This document shows, one piece after another, positions 17,570 through 26,228 of a DNA stretch of 58,818 nucleotides. The notes beneath the pieces were generated by a model, which was given only the letters and a program-made list of their open reading frames with translations, did no database searches and was not told the origin of the DNA. The DNA is from a virus. The stretch lies in IMG/VR virus record IMGVR_UViG_3300045988_124363; one strand, given 5' to 3'. The stretch's first letter is position 1, and each line of letters begins with the position of its first letter. A program made the translations under genes and the position numbers.

Positions 17570-17745
17570 AAAGAGCGGCAGCCCCCTAAGACAACCGCTC
17601 TAAACGCCCCACAATGAAGGCGGATCGGAAGCATTACTCCGACCGCCTTTATTTTATTACATCCAGCCTTTGAAATCAAGATGCTTTTTCACATTTTGCA
17701 CCGAGTTTTCCACACAAATGAGAGCAAAAAATATTATCATAGCTG

Positions 17746-17774
17746 TTGACGAACTCGCAAATAGGAGTGATAAT
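17746..17774 (+). promoter_or_regulatory. early promoter with embedded operator (copy b)
   Basis: TTGACG, 17-nt spacer (aactcgcaaataggagt), GATAAT. An extra operator-like site cacacaaatgagagc lies at 17711..17725. Confidence 0.55.
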
Positions 17775-17832
17775 ATACTTGTAAGAACGAAGTACGCAAC
17801 ACAACATTGATTATGTTTCGGAGGTATTCACC

Positions 17833-18297
17833 ATGAAGAAGTTTGAAGTCGGCCACGTCTACTTTGACCAGTACGCTTGCGACCATGAGACCATTTCCAC
17901 CATCAAGATCATCAAGCGCACCCCGAAGACGGTCGTCTTTGAGCGCAACGGCAAGACCCGCCGCGCAAAGCTCTACGAGGACGGCAACGGCGAGTATATC
18001 ATTCCCGACCACTACTCCATGGCCTGCGTCTACCGCGCAGAGCGGGAGCTGCTGGACGAAAAGCCGGAGCAGGTCAACGCCCCTGTCGAGCAGGAGCAGC
18101 CCGCCGCAGCGAATAACACCATCCGTTTCCCGGCTGCTGCACAGGCCCCGGCCACCGGCTACGCTGTCGCCCGCACGCTGGTTGACTACACCATGCGCGA
18201 AATGGTGCTTGCCATCTTTGACAAAAGTGACCTGCGGGCAAAGGAGCTGGACTTCCTTGCGGCTCTCACCGACCGCGCCAGCAGCGTGGCCCGATAA
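17833..18297 (+). CDS. hypothetical protein
   Basis: 154-aa ORF with a GGAGG SD. Confidence 0.6.
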   Translation: MKKFEVGHVYFDQYACDHETISTIKIIKRTPKTVVFERNGKTRRAKLYEDGNGEYIIPDHYSMACVYRAERELLDEKPEQVNAPVEQEQPAAANNTIRFPAAAQAPATGYAVARTLVDYTMREMVLAIFDKSDLRAKELDFLAALTDRASSVAR

Positions 18298-18309
18298 TGC
18301 ACATACAGC

Positions 18310-18358
18310 AAGGGGCTGTTGCACAAGGAAGAAAGCCTGTGCAACAGCCCCTTTTCTC
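18310..18358. terminator. bidirectional terminator hairpin
   Basis: Perfect 16-bp stem aaggggctgttgcaca/tgtgcaacagcccctt between convergent genes. Confidence 0.7.
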
Positions 18359-18655
18359 TTACTTTTTCAGCTTGACGGCCGTTCCCATTGAGTATGTATA
18401 GCTGGTTTTCATCCCAAAACCGACGTTCTGAAAACGAACTCCGATTATGGCGTCCGCTCCAACCTTTTCACCTGCGCGTGTCAGATCGGCCACGAGAGCA
18501 GCGTTCACGTTTTCGCCGACGACGGAATAATCACCGTTCCGGCACTTTACCATTTCTTTCATGCTTGGCCCGTCCGCAGCGGTAGCTACCGTCACAAGGC
18601 CGATATATTCGGCAATTTCGATGCCCTGCAAAGTGTCCGTTGTTGTAATGAGCAT
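18359..18655 (-). CDS. YbjQ/UPF0145 (DUF74)-family protein
   Basis: 98 aa: MLITTTDTLQGIEIAEYIGLVTVA...GADAIIGVRFQ...GTAVKLKK, the typical YbjQ-family pattern. Confidence 0.65.
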   Translation of the reverse strand: MLITTTDTLQGIEIAEYIGLVTVATAADGPSMKEMVKCRNGDYSVVGENVNAALVADLTRAGEKVGADAIIGVRFQNVGFGMKTSYTYSMGTAVKLKK

Positions 18656-18695
18656 GATACATTCTCCTGTCTGTGGCGGGCATTTCTGCCCTGTA

Positions 18696-18893
18696 TTATT
18701 CCGCGCCAGCGGCGCGATGCGACTTGATGAAATCGGCCATAGCCTTTTTGATAACCGCATTGGGCGACGTTCCTGCAGCTTTGCAGGCGGCCTTGAACTC
18801 CGCTGCAAATTCCTTGCGAACCTTTGCCCCGACGATCATCATGTTTTCCCTGTCCCATTTCGCGCTGGCTCTTTTCTGCGATTCACAAATCAC
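18696..18893 (-). CDS. ribbon-helix-helix (RHH) DNA-binding protein
   Basis: KRASAKWDRENMMIVGAKVRKEFAAEFKAACKAAGTSPNAVIKKAMADFI fits a beta-strand plus two helices (RHH pattern). The start is uncertain (GTG 18893 or ATG 18842). Confidence 0.5.
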   Translation of the reverse strand: MICESQKRASAKWDRENMMIVGAKVRKEFAAEFKAACKAAGTSPNAVIKKAMADFIKSHRAAGAE

Positions 18894-18921
18894 GAAAAGC
18901 ACCGCCTTTCTTTTGCATAAC

Positions 18922-18950
18922 AGTATAACGCGACGAAAGCCCATTTGCAA
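18922..18950 (-). promoter_or_regulatory. promoter of the minus-strand moron
   Basis: On the minus strand: TTGCAA, 17-nt spacer, TATACT. Confidence 0.55.
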
Positions 18951-19240
18951 CGTGGGAAATGTGTCGTTTTTCGTTGACATCGGATACAAAAACTGCCGAA
19001 ACGCACCCGGAAACATTGACGTTTTACCTGTTGGAATCTCTGTTCAACAGTAGGACAATAAAGGCACAGCGAGGGAAGCACGACCGGAAGGCAAGGGGCG
19101 AAGTATGAGCCGGGAGCGCAGTAAGTCGTGAGCGCGTGCTAAGTCAGTAACCCACTTCCCACACTGTTTTGGAAATCTGGGCAGCAGGGCCGACCGTCCA
19201 GAATTTCCAAATTTTTTTGAAAATTATCTTTTCGCGCCTG

Positions 19241-19269
19241 TTGACAAACTCACAAATGAGAGCGATAAT
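19241..19269 (+). promoter_or_regulatory. early promoter with embedded operator (copy c)
   Basis: TTGACA, 17-nt spacer (aactcacaaatgagagc), GATAAT. Confidence 0.6.
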
Positions 19270-19314
19270 ACAATCACAAGATGATTTACAGCTCACGAAA
19301 GAGAGGAAACAACG

Positions 19315-19587
19315 ATGACAGTTTGCAGCATGAAAGAAGCATGGGAAGCGGCCGACAAGATGTTCCCGACCGACTACCAGATCAGCGAAACCGCAAGCCA
19401 GAACGCTGGCTATCCCATCTACCGCAGCCCTATCAACTTCTATGACACCATCTGCGATCTGGGCGACCGGCTGGAAGTCAACGTCGCTGGCAAGAGCGTG
19501 AACATCTGGGTGGCCGACCCCATCGAGCGGGCGATGGCAAAGATGGGCTTTCATCGCAACGACCGCGGCATTTTCGTAATGGCATAA
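19315..19587 (+). CDS. hypothetical protein
   Basis: 90-aa ORF with an SD; first gene after promoter c. Confidence 0.55.
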   Translation: MTVCSMKEAWEAADKMFPTDYQISETASQNAGYPIYRSPINFYDTICDLGDRLEVNVAGKSVNIWVADPIERAMAKMGFHRNDRGIFVMA

Positions 19588-19601
19588 AGGAGGACAAAAC
19601 A

Positions 19602-20060
19602 ATGCTGGACAAGAACGGAATCGAAATCAAGACCGGGGACATCGTGAGAATCACCGGCGCATACTTCAAAACCGACAACGCGCTCTATTTCGTGGAGCAC
19701 AGCGACGGAGACCCCGATTGGTGCGGCAAAGACCACTGCCTGCTGAAGATCAAGCACAACGGCGAGTTGAGCAAGGCGAAGAACTCCACCTGCTTCTGGC
19801 CGATCATGGTCACGGTCAACGGCTACGAGAAGTACACCACCGCAAAGCTGTGGAACAAAGAACACGCACAGATCGAGATTGTCGAGGGCATCGACAAGGC
19901 CCACATCGCCGAATATTTCCGCGACCAGTCGCAGCAGTGCGACAAGTGGATTGAGCGGTACTCTTGGGACTTTGGCGAGAATAGCCGCTCCGTCAACGAC
20001 CAGAAGCAGTACAAGGCGTTTTATGATTCCGTCGTGGCAAGATTGGAGGGTATGGCATGA
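19602..20060 (+). CDS. hypothetical protein
   Basis: 152-aa ORF with an AGGAGG SD. Confidence 0.6.
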   Translation: MLDKNGIEIKTGDIVRITGAYFKTDNALYFVEHSDGDPDWCGKDHCLLKIKHNGELSKAKNSTCFWPIMVTVNGYEKYTTAKLWNKEHAQIEIVEGIDKAHIAEYFRDQSQQCDKWIERYSWDFGENSRSVNDQKQYKAFYDSVVARLEGMA

Positions 20061-20287
20061 TCTACACCATCGAAAAGCGGCACGTTTTCGGCTGCTATGA
20101 TGGCAGCTATATGCAGAGCCATTATGAAGTCATCGCACACACGCACAGGCTCCCGAATGGCTGCTTGGCATCCACTGGCGCGCTGACCATCCACACCTGC
20201 AAATACAAAATGGAAGCGACGGCATACTGCAAAGCCCACGGCATCGAGCCGCAGCCGCCTTTTATTTCACCCGAAGAACCCGCCTGA
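20057..20287 (+). CDS. hypothetical protein
   Basis: 76-aa ORF with an ATGA overlap onto the upstream gene. Confidence 0.5.
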   Translation: MIYTIEKRHVFGCYDGSYMQSHYEVIAHTHRLPNGCLASTGALTIHTCKYKMEATAYCKAHGIEPQPPFISPEEPA

Positions 20288-20363
20288 CGATGGCTGCATG
20301 GCAGCAGCCGAAACGCTCCACCCGGAGCGTCGCGGGAGCCAACCGCAAGAAAGGAGCATCCAC

Positions 20364-20615
20364 ATGAAAGCGAAAACCTACATTCTGCAGGCCGGGTTCC
20401 TGCCCATCGGTCAGACCGACGTGACAGGCTGGCGCACCTATTCTTTCCACACTGGCCGCGGTGCATACGACAACGCCGTGGCCGCCTACCGCAGCGAGAT
20501 GAACCACAACAAGAACCCGAATGTCAAGTATCGCATCGTCAGCGCACATGACACCACCCGCAAGGACACCTATGTCCCGGTATTTGGCTTTAAGAGCGCA
20601 GCCTGCACCCTGTAA
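20364..20615 (+). CDS. hypothetical protein
   Basis: 83 aa; ATG preceded by AAAGGAG. Confidence 0.5.
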   Translation: MKAKTYILQAGFLPIGQTDVTGWRTYSFHTGRGAYDNAVAAYRSEMNHNKNPNVKYRIVSAHDTTRKDTYVPVFGFKSAACTL

Positions 20616-20667
20616 TTTGCCGGTAACTTGCCGAAAGGCCCGAAATATCATAATAGGCGGTGAAAGA

Positions 20668-20877
20668 TTGAACTATAAATACATCTGGGCGTGGGAAATC
20701 CTCAAAGGAACGACCAGCGCGGACATCGTGCGCGGTATCGTTTCACTTGCCCGGGAAGAAAACGCACCGGCCCGGGCTATCATGCGGCTGCATGATGGCC
20801 GCTGGCTGACTCTCGAAGACCTGTCAAACGAAGAACTTGTGCAACAAATCGAGAATGAAGCAAAAAGCATGATATAA
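20668..20877 (+). CDS. hypothetical protein (TTG start, tentative)
   Basis: 69-aa ORF with weak start signals. Confidence 0.3.
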   Translation: MNYKYIWAWEILKGTTSADIVRGIVSLAREENAPARAIMRLHDGRWLTLEDLSNEELVQQIENEAKSMI

Positions 20878-20883
20878 CGTCAA

Positions 20884-21000
20884 ACCACCACAATCCGATA
20901 CCCTATCCATACATCTGTCAGAATCTGGTGCTGGTACTGGTGGTACTTAAAGGTTATATCAATTTAATCTAAGAAGGAGAACGTAAAGGTTACGATAAAT
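20884..21000 (+). repeat. about 100-bp non-coding direct repeat, copy 1
   Basis: atacatctgtcagaatctggtgctggt...aaaggttatatcaatttaatctaagaaggagaacgtaaaggttacgataaa is matched at 23955..24086. Confidence 0.8.
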
Positions 21001-21012
21001 GGAGAACCCGCA

Positions 21013-21678
21013 ATGAATGACCTGACCATTTTTCAAAACCCTGACTTTGGCCGAATCCGGGGCCTAAAGATCAGCGGTGAGCCTTGGCTTGTTGGGAAAG
21101 ATGTCGCAACCGCCCTTGGCTACAAAAACCCGCAAAAAGCAATTCGAGACCATGTCGATGATGAGGACAAGGGGATGAACGAATTATTCACCCCGGGCGG
21201 AAAGCAAAATTTGCTCATCATCAACGAAAGCGGCCTGTACAGTCTGATGCTGAAAAGCAAGCTCCCCGGTGCGAAGAAGTTCAAACGGTGGGTGACGTCC
21301 GAAGTTCTGCCCAGTATCCGCAAAACTGGAACATACATCACGCCAGCAGCCGCACCCGCAGACGACGCCGTATTTGAAAGGCTCTGGGCCGAATTGGAGC
21401 GGAAGCAGAAGTTCAACGGCTACGTCGGGAAGTTCTGCGACTATTTCGGCTGGAGCCGCCGCTATTACCTGTCCGGGATGTACAACCTGATGAAGCGGGC
21501 AGGCTGCAATGTCGATGCACTGACCCTGCGGATGCAGGCCGCCACCCATGATTATGCAATGTCCACCGCGCAGGCGGTCATCATGGACGAGCAAGCATTT
21601 AGCCTGTTCTGCAAAATCGCAGAATACGGCATCCAGCGAAACCACATCCCCAAAACCATGGAGGAAGCATTTTTATGA
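21013..21678 (+). CDS. antirepressor (Bro-N domain protein)
   Basis: N-terminus FGRIRGLKISGEPWLVGKDVATALGYKNPQKAIRDHVDDEDKG...INESGLYSLMLKSKLPGAKKFKRWVTSEVLPSIRKTG is a typical Bro-N/KilAC antirepressor. Confidence 0.8.
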   Translation: MNDLTIFQNPDFGRIRGLKISGEPWLVGKDVATALGYKNPQKAIRDHVDDEDKGMNELFTPGGKQNLLIINESGLYSLMLKSKLPGAKKFKRWVTSEVLPSIRKTGTYITPAAAPADDAVFERLWAELERKQKFNGYVGKFCDYFGWSRRYYLSGMYNLMKRAGCNVDALTLRMQAATHDYAMSTAQAVIMDEQAFSLFCKIAEYGIQRNHIPKTMEEAFL

Positions 21679-21926
21679 ATAACACCCTGACCGCCTTGAA
21701 CAATTACCTGTTTGAAGAGCTGGAACGCCTGAACGATGATAGCCTGTCCCCGGAGCAGCTGAAGCAGGAGATCGACCGTTCCCGCGCCGTCACGCAGGTG
21801 TCGCAGCAGATCGTGAACAACGGCAAGCTGGCCCTGTCGGCCATCCGCTGCGCCAACGAGTGCTTGGCCCCGAATGAAAAGCTGCCGCCCATGCTGGAGG
21901 TCGAAACCAATGCCCCGAAAGTATAA
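21675..21926 (+). CDS. hypothetical protein
   Basis: 83-aa ORF with an ATGA overlap. Confidence 0.5.
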   Translation: MNNTLTALNNYLFEELERLNDDSLSPEQLKQEIDRSRAVTQVSQQIVNNGKLALSAIRCANECLAPNEKLPPMLEVETNAPKV

Positions 21927-22716
21927 GCCGGAGGTACACGCCTTTATAGCTGCCCACGTCGCCGGGACGACCACACAAGAGCTGGCCCGAATCACAAATG
22001 CAACCTTTGGCACGAACTTCACGGCTGCGTCCATGAAATCCTACAAGGCGAATCACAAGCTGCGCAATGGCCGCGGCACTGGGCAGGTCAAGGGCGCAGC
22101 GACGAAACGCTTTCCGCAGCAGGTCAAGGATTATGTGTTCGCCCACTACAAGGGCACAGGCCACCGCCAGATGTGCGACCAGCTCTTTGAACAGTTCGGC
22201 ATCCAGTACACGCCGGAGCAGATCAAGCAGTATTACGCCCGCCACGGCCTGAACAGCGGTCTGACCGGGTATTTCAAAAAGGGCTGCTGCCCCTATAAGC
22301 CGCAGCCGGGAACACACGCACAGGGCTGTGAGAAAACATGGTTCAAGCCCGGATGCACCCCGCACAACCTGAAACCCATCGGCTACGAGCGCGTCACACA
22401 GGACGGCTATATCGAAGTCAAGGTCAGGATGAAGAAGTCCCGGCCGAACTGCAATGACAACTTTGTGCCAAAGCACCGGCTGATCTGGGAGCAGGCGAAC
22501 GGCCCGCTGCCGCCGGGATATGTCGTCATCTTCAAGGACGGCAACAAGCGAAACTTTGCGCTGGACAACCTTGCAGCCATCACCAAAAAGGAACGGCTGG
22601 ACATGAACCGTCACGATCTGTTCAGCAGCGACCCGCAGGCGACAGAAACCGGCATCCTGCTGGCCCGCCTGCGCACCACCATCCACCAAAAAGAAAAGGA
22701 GATCAAACATGGGTAA
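21910..22716 (+). CDS. HNH (HNH_3-type) homing-like endonuclease
   Basis: C-terminal motif VPKHRLIWEQANGPLPPGYVVIFKDGNKRNFALDNLAAITKKE. Confidence 0.7.
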   Translation: MPRKYKPEVHAFIAAHVAGTTTQELARITNATFGTNFTAASMKSYKANHKLRNGRGTGQVKGAATKRFPQQVKDYVFAHYKGTGHRQMCDQLFEQFGIQYTPEQIKQYYARHGLNSGLTGYFKKGCCPYKPQPGTHAQGCEKTWFKPGCTPHNLKPIGYERVTQDGYIEVKVRMKKSRPNCNDNFVPKHRLIWEQANGPLPPGYVVIFKDGNKRNFALDNLAAITKKERLDMNRHDLFSSDPQATETGILLARLRTTIHQKEKEIKHG

Positions 22717-23191
22717 GCTGGTAGACGCTGAAATCACTCTGAAATATTCCAACGGTCAGTTGACCATCGCATCCACGCCGAACACCATCAAGGGCGACGG
22801 CCTTTTGACATACCTCGACTTGGCCGAATGTGCCATCATCGGGGCCAACTACAAGAACCTGAACGAAGCGATGGACATTGCTGCCGAACACGCATCCGCG
22901 ATCATCGCGGCCACTATGCAGACCGCAGGCGACGAAAAGACCAGCCCGAAGATGGGAGCCATCGTCCACGCCGCGCAGGTTTCACCCTTTTACCTGCAAT
23001 GCGTCATCCAGAAGCCGGACGCGCCTGCATCCAAAGGCAAGTTCTTTGCCGAAGAGGGCAATTTGTACGTCGGTGTCGATAACTCCGACGGCAACGCCTG
23101 GACGGAAGAGTTTTCCGACCGGCAGCAGCTTTTCCTTTGGTTTGCTGGCGCACCTTGCCACGACGCCCACGGGCAGGCCCTCAACGAGTGA
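22709..23191 (+). CDS. hypothetical protein
   Basis: 160-aa ORF. Confidence 0.55.
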   Translation: MGKLVDAEITLKYSNGQLTIASTPNTIKGDGLLTYLDLAECAIIGANYKNLNEAMDIAAEHASAIIAATMQTAGDEKTSPKMGAIVHAAQVSPFYLQCVIQKPDAPASKGKFFAEEGNLYVGVDNSDGNAWTEEFSDRQQLFLWFAGAPCHDAHGQALNE

Positions 23192-23295
23192 TATTCTATC
23201 CATAGCCCCGCAACACGGCGGGCAAATAAAAACGCGGCACAGGAGCCGCCAGACGCCCACCCGGCGGGCAAAAGCCGGGAGAAAGGACTTTCCCC

Positions 23296-23547
23296 ATGGA
23301 AAGCATGATTGACATCCTCTTTGACCAGCTCGTTGACAATGACGCCGCATGGGACACCCAGCATGATAAGGCCACGCAGGACGCGCTTGCTGAACTTTGC
23401 GAAAAGCTCAACCTGCCAACCGTCCACGAAACCAAGCTGGGCGAGCTGATCAGCACCGAAGCCGTGGCACAGGCCCGCGCCGGATTCCGCGCTGGCTTTG
23501 TGGCCGCGATGAAGCTCTGCGAGGAGGTCAAGAACAAGGCTGAGTAA
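23296..23547 (+). CDS. hypothetical protein
   Basis: 83-aa acidic ORF. Confidence 0.5.
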   Translation: MESMIDILFDQLVDNDAAWDTQHDKATQDALAELCEKLNLPTVHETKLGELISTEAVAQARAGFRAGFVAAMKLCEEVKNKAE

Positions 23548-23615
23548 TCAGCCGCCACACCGGGACAAGCTCTGCAAACGTGGGGCTTGCCCTTTGTCTG
23601 AAAGGAGATCACACC

Positions 23616-23942
23616 ATGCCCAACAAACGCGAAGTGGCTTACAACGCCACGCACGGCCGCTGCGCTTACTGCGGCTGTATCGTCAACCCGATGCACTTCT
23701 TTCTGAATCAGGCAAAGCCGGGGCAGCAGGTCGCCGCCTGCCCGGATTGCGCCCGCTTCAAAGGTTCCGACGATCTGGAAACATTTCGCGCCCGCTTGTA
23801 TGACCTGCCGGAGGTTTCCATCCAGTCCCGCCTTGCTCTCAAATATTCGGATTCTATCCTCAACCCGGAGGAGCCTATCAAGGAGGGCTATTACCACGGA
23901 TTCGGCAAAATCTGCTTTTATTTTGAAAATATGGACGAGTAA
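23616..23942 (+). CDS. small HNH/zinc-finger nuclease-like protein
   Basis: AAAGGAG SD. Cys pairs HGRCAYCGC ... ACPDCARFKG resemble the HNH zinc-binding core. Confidence 0.4.
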   Translation: MPNKREVAYNATHGRCAYCGCIVNPMHFFLNQAKPGQQVAACPDCARFKGSDDLETFRARLYDLPEVSIQSRLALKYSDSILNPEEPIKEGYYHGFGKICFYFENMDE

Positions 23943-23954
23943 GGCCGACACCCA

Positions 23955-24086
23955 TACCACCACTACGGCCCGACATACGGTATGTGTACCGTATGGATAC
24001 ATCTGCCAGAATCTGGTACTGGTGGTGGTAAAGATTATATTAAACTTAATCTTAGAAGAAGAAACGTAAAGGTTACTATAAAATAA
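23955..24086 (+). repeat. about 100-bp non-coding direct repeat, copy 2 (with an extra 9-bp-stem hairpin at 23974..23995)
   Basis: Aligns with 20884..21000. The hairpin is catacggta-tgtg-taccgtatg. Confidence 0.8.
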
Positions 24087-24124
24087 AGCAGCCGAAAAAA
24101 CATCGAGAAAAGTTTCCTTTGCTG

Positions 24125-24153
24125 TTGACTTACTCACAAATAAGAGTGATAAT
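24125..24153 (+). promoter_or_regulatory. early promoter with embedded operator (copy d)
   Basis: TTGACT, 17-nt spacer (tactcacaaataagagt), GATAAT. Confidence 0.6.
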
Positions 24154-24200
24154 ATAGTTACAGAATGAATCACAACTCACAACTGCGAAAGGAGAACACT

Positions 24201-24428
24201 ATGAAAGCACTGAAAGAGCTTATGAACCGCCTGACCGCCGAGGGCCGCGACCTGTCCGAGCTGAAGCGCATGATCGACGATCTGGACGCCGCCGGAACCA
24301 TGGGCGAGATCAACTACTACGAGGGCCAGATCTACGGCGTTCTGGTGGGCCTGTCCATCATGGGTTACATCACCCCGGAGGAAGCCGATGAACTTCAGAA
24401 CAGCGTTGAGGAAGATGCTGTTATCTAA
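24201..24428 (+). CDS. small acidic hypothetical protein
   Basis: 75 aa with an AAAGGAG SD. Confidence 0.55.
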   Translation: MKALKELMNRLTAEGRDLSELKRMIDDLDAAGTMGEINYYEGQIYGVLVGLSIMGYITPEEADELQNSVEEDAVI

Positions 24429-24489
24429 GCTGCACACCGGGCAGGGGAACCGCAAAGCCCCCGCAGCCCCGCTTACAGGAGGAAGAACC

Positions 24490-24744
24490 ATGATGACCAA
24501 TCTTTTCATGCTGGCCGGGTACACCCAGTATCAGGCCCAGTGCATTGCACCGTTCGGCTACGTCGTCGCCGCCGGGATTCTGGTGCAGGCCGTCGCCCCG
24601 GCCGTTGACCGCTACATCTACCGCCGCCGCTGGGAAGAAGTCCAGCAGCGGGAAGCGGCAGCGGCAGCAGCCCGCGCCGCTGAACAGCGCAAGGAAGCTC
24701 ACCGCCGCGAGGTGATGAACTTCCTGCTGAACGAGGCCGCCTGA
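24490..24744 (+). CDS. small membrane protein
   Basis: 84 aa with an AGGAGG SD, one TM segment (FGYVVAAGILVQAVAPAV) and an Ala/Arg/Glu-rich tail. Confidence 0.5.
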   Translation: MMTNLFMLAGYTQYQAQCIAPFGYVVAAGILVQAVAPAVDRYIYRRRWEEVQQREAAAAAARAAEQRKEAHRREVMNFLLNEAA

Positions 24745-24840
24745 TGGCCTGATTTTTTATGCCCTTATCGCTCATAAATAAGAGTGAAAAGCACCAAACA
24801 AAATCAAAAAACGCTCACAAACAAAAAAGGAGGTCTGTGA

Positions 24841-25161
24841 ATGGACATCAACACGAAACTGAAAAAGCTGCTGGAAGATTCCGGCCAGCGGCAGGCAGAG
24901 GTGGCCCAGAAGTGCGGCTTGACCCCTGCCAACCTTAGCCGCGCACTGACCCGCGATCACAATCTCAACCTGTCCACGGCTCTGAGAATCGCCGACGGTA
25001 TCGGCTTGGAGCTGCGCATCGAGGACGCCAACGGCAACCGCCACCCGGCAGCCGACCCGCAAAAGTTCGCGGAAGCCGCGGCTGATACGTCGCTGAACTG
25101 GGACGACGTGGAAGCTATTATCAGTTCGCTGGGCTTTTATCTTGAATTCGACTGGAGGTAA
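24841..25161 (+). CDS. XRE-family helix-turn-helix (HTH) regulator
   Basis: LLEDSGQRQAEVAQKCGLTPANLSRALTRDHNLNLSTALRIADGIGLEL is a typical HTH_3 pattern. Operator-like sites lie at 24770..24786 and 24813..24822. Confidence 0.7.
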   Translation: MDINTKLKKLLEDSGQRQAEVAQKCGLTPANLSRALTRDHNLNLSTALRIADGIGLELRIEDANGNRHPAADPQKFAEAAADTSLNWDDVEAIISSLGFYLEFDWR

Positions 25162-25166
25162 ACCAC

Positions 25167-25895
25167 ATGACCGACAAAGAAATCACGGAGCTGAACCTGA
25201 AAAGTGCCACCTACTACGGCGCACAGCTCCAGATGAACCACTTCACCGAAGAGCTGGCCGAACTCATTCAGGCCGCCGCCGAGGGCGACCCGCAGCACAT
25301 CGCCGAGGAAATCGCCGACGTGGAAGTCATGGTCGAGCAGATGGAATATTTGCTTTCTCTCGATACGATCTACATTGAGAGCTGGGCAACGCACATCCTG
25401 CTTGCAAACGATAGTGAATCCTGCATCTGGCATCTGGCTGCGCCCATCAAGAGCATCAACAAGCTGCGCCGTGTCAATCTGGCGACCGCCGCCGACCCGG
25501 ATATGTCAAAAAGCGAAGTTCAGATCAAACGGCAAACCGCAAACCACGACCTTGAAACCGACATTGGAGAGCTGGTTTCCTATCTGAACTGGCTGGCCGG
25601 ACGTTATAGCATCGCTGCCGAGGAAATCCGGGAAATCAAGTCCTACAAGGTGCAGCGCACCCGCGACCGCATCGAACTTGAAACCGGCTCCATCTGCAAA
25701 AAAGTTGTTGACGACAAGGCGGCTGCACAGGCCCAGGATTTAGCCGACTACTGCAAACAGCAAACAGAGTGTGAACCCGGTGGCTGCATCTTTGCCACGA
25801 CTGGCGAGGGCTGCATCTTATCTGATTATGTTCGGCCTGAACTTTGGTCCGATGCCATCGCCAAACAGCAGCAGGAGGGGCGGAAGAATGGATAA
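25167..25895 (+). CDS. MazG-like nucleotide pyrophosphohydrolase domain protein
   Basis: N-terminal EELAELIQAAAEG...EEIADVEVMVEQMEYLL matches the MazG EExxE/D helix pattern. The C-terminal domain is unknown. Confidence 0.5.
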   Translation: MTDKEITELNLKSATYYGAQLQMNHFTEELAELIQAAAEGDPQHIAEEIADVEVMVEQMEYLLSLDTIYIESWATHILLANDSESCIWHLAAPIKSINKLRRVNLATAADPDMSKSEVQIKRQTANHDLETDIGELVSYLNWLAGRYSIAAEEIREIKSYKVQRTRDRIELETGSICKKVVDDKAAAQAQDLADYCKQQTECEPGGCIFATTGEGCILSDYVRPELWSDAIAKQQQEGRKNG

Positions 25896-26226
25896 GCCCG
25901 AAAAAATCAAAATCGGCTGCTGTCCGTTCTGCGGCGGCAACATCAAGCGGGCCAACATGAAAGCCTTTTCCCGGCAAAGCCAGATTTACGGCTTCAACCT
26001 TGCGCTGGATGGCGTGGACGCCACATGGGGCGCACTGATCTATAACTTTTCCGCAGAGCTGGAATTGAGCGCAGAACAGACCGCAAAGCTCACCACGCTG
26101 GGCGAAGAATATGACAAGATGATTCGCTCTTTCCGGGAAGCCGACCTGCCGCCGGAAGAATTTGCCGAATACGTCGTTGCAAAGGCCGAGGAATGCAAGG
26201 CACGTCTGAAAGAAAGGTGGGGCTGA
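25888..26226 (+). CDS. zinc-ribbon protein (CPFCGG motif)
   Basis: 112 aa; MDKPEKIKIGCCPFCGGNIK... Confidence 0.5.
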   Translation: MDKPEKIKIGCCPFCGGNIKRANMKAFSRQSQIYGFNLALDGVDATWGALIYNFSAELELSAEQTAKLTTLGEEYDKMIRSFREADLPPEEFAEYVVAKAEECKARLKERWG

Positions 26227-26228
26227 TT

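Noticed and set aside
23216-23271. Direct repeat CGGCGGGCAAA (two copies) between 22709..23191 and 23296..23547
   Set aside because: It is short (11 bp) and GC-rich with only two copies, and no associated promoter or hairpin context. It is probably chance or a weak terminator remnant.
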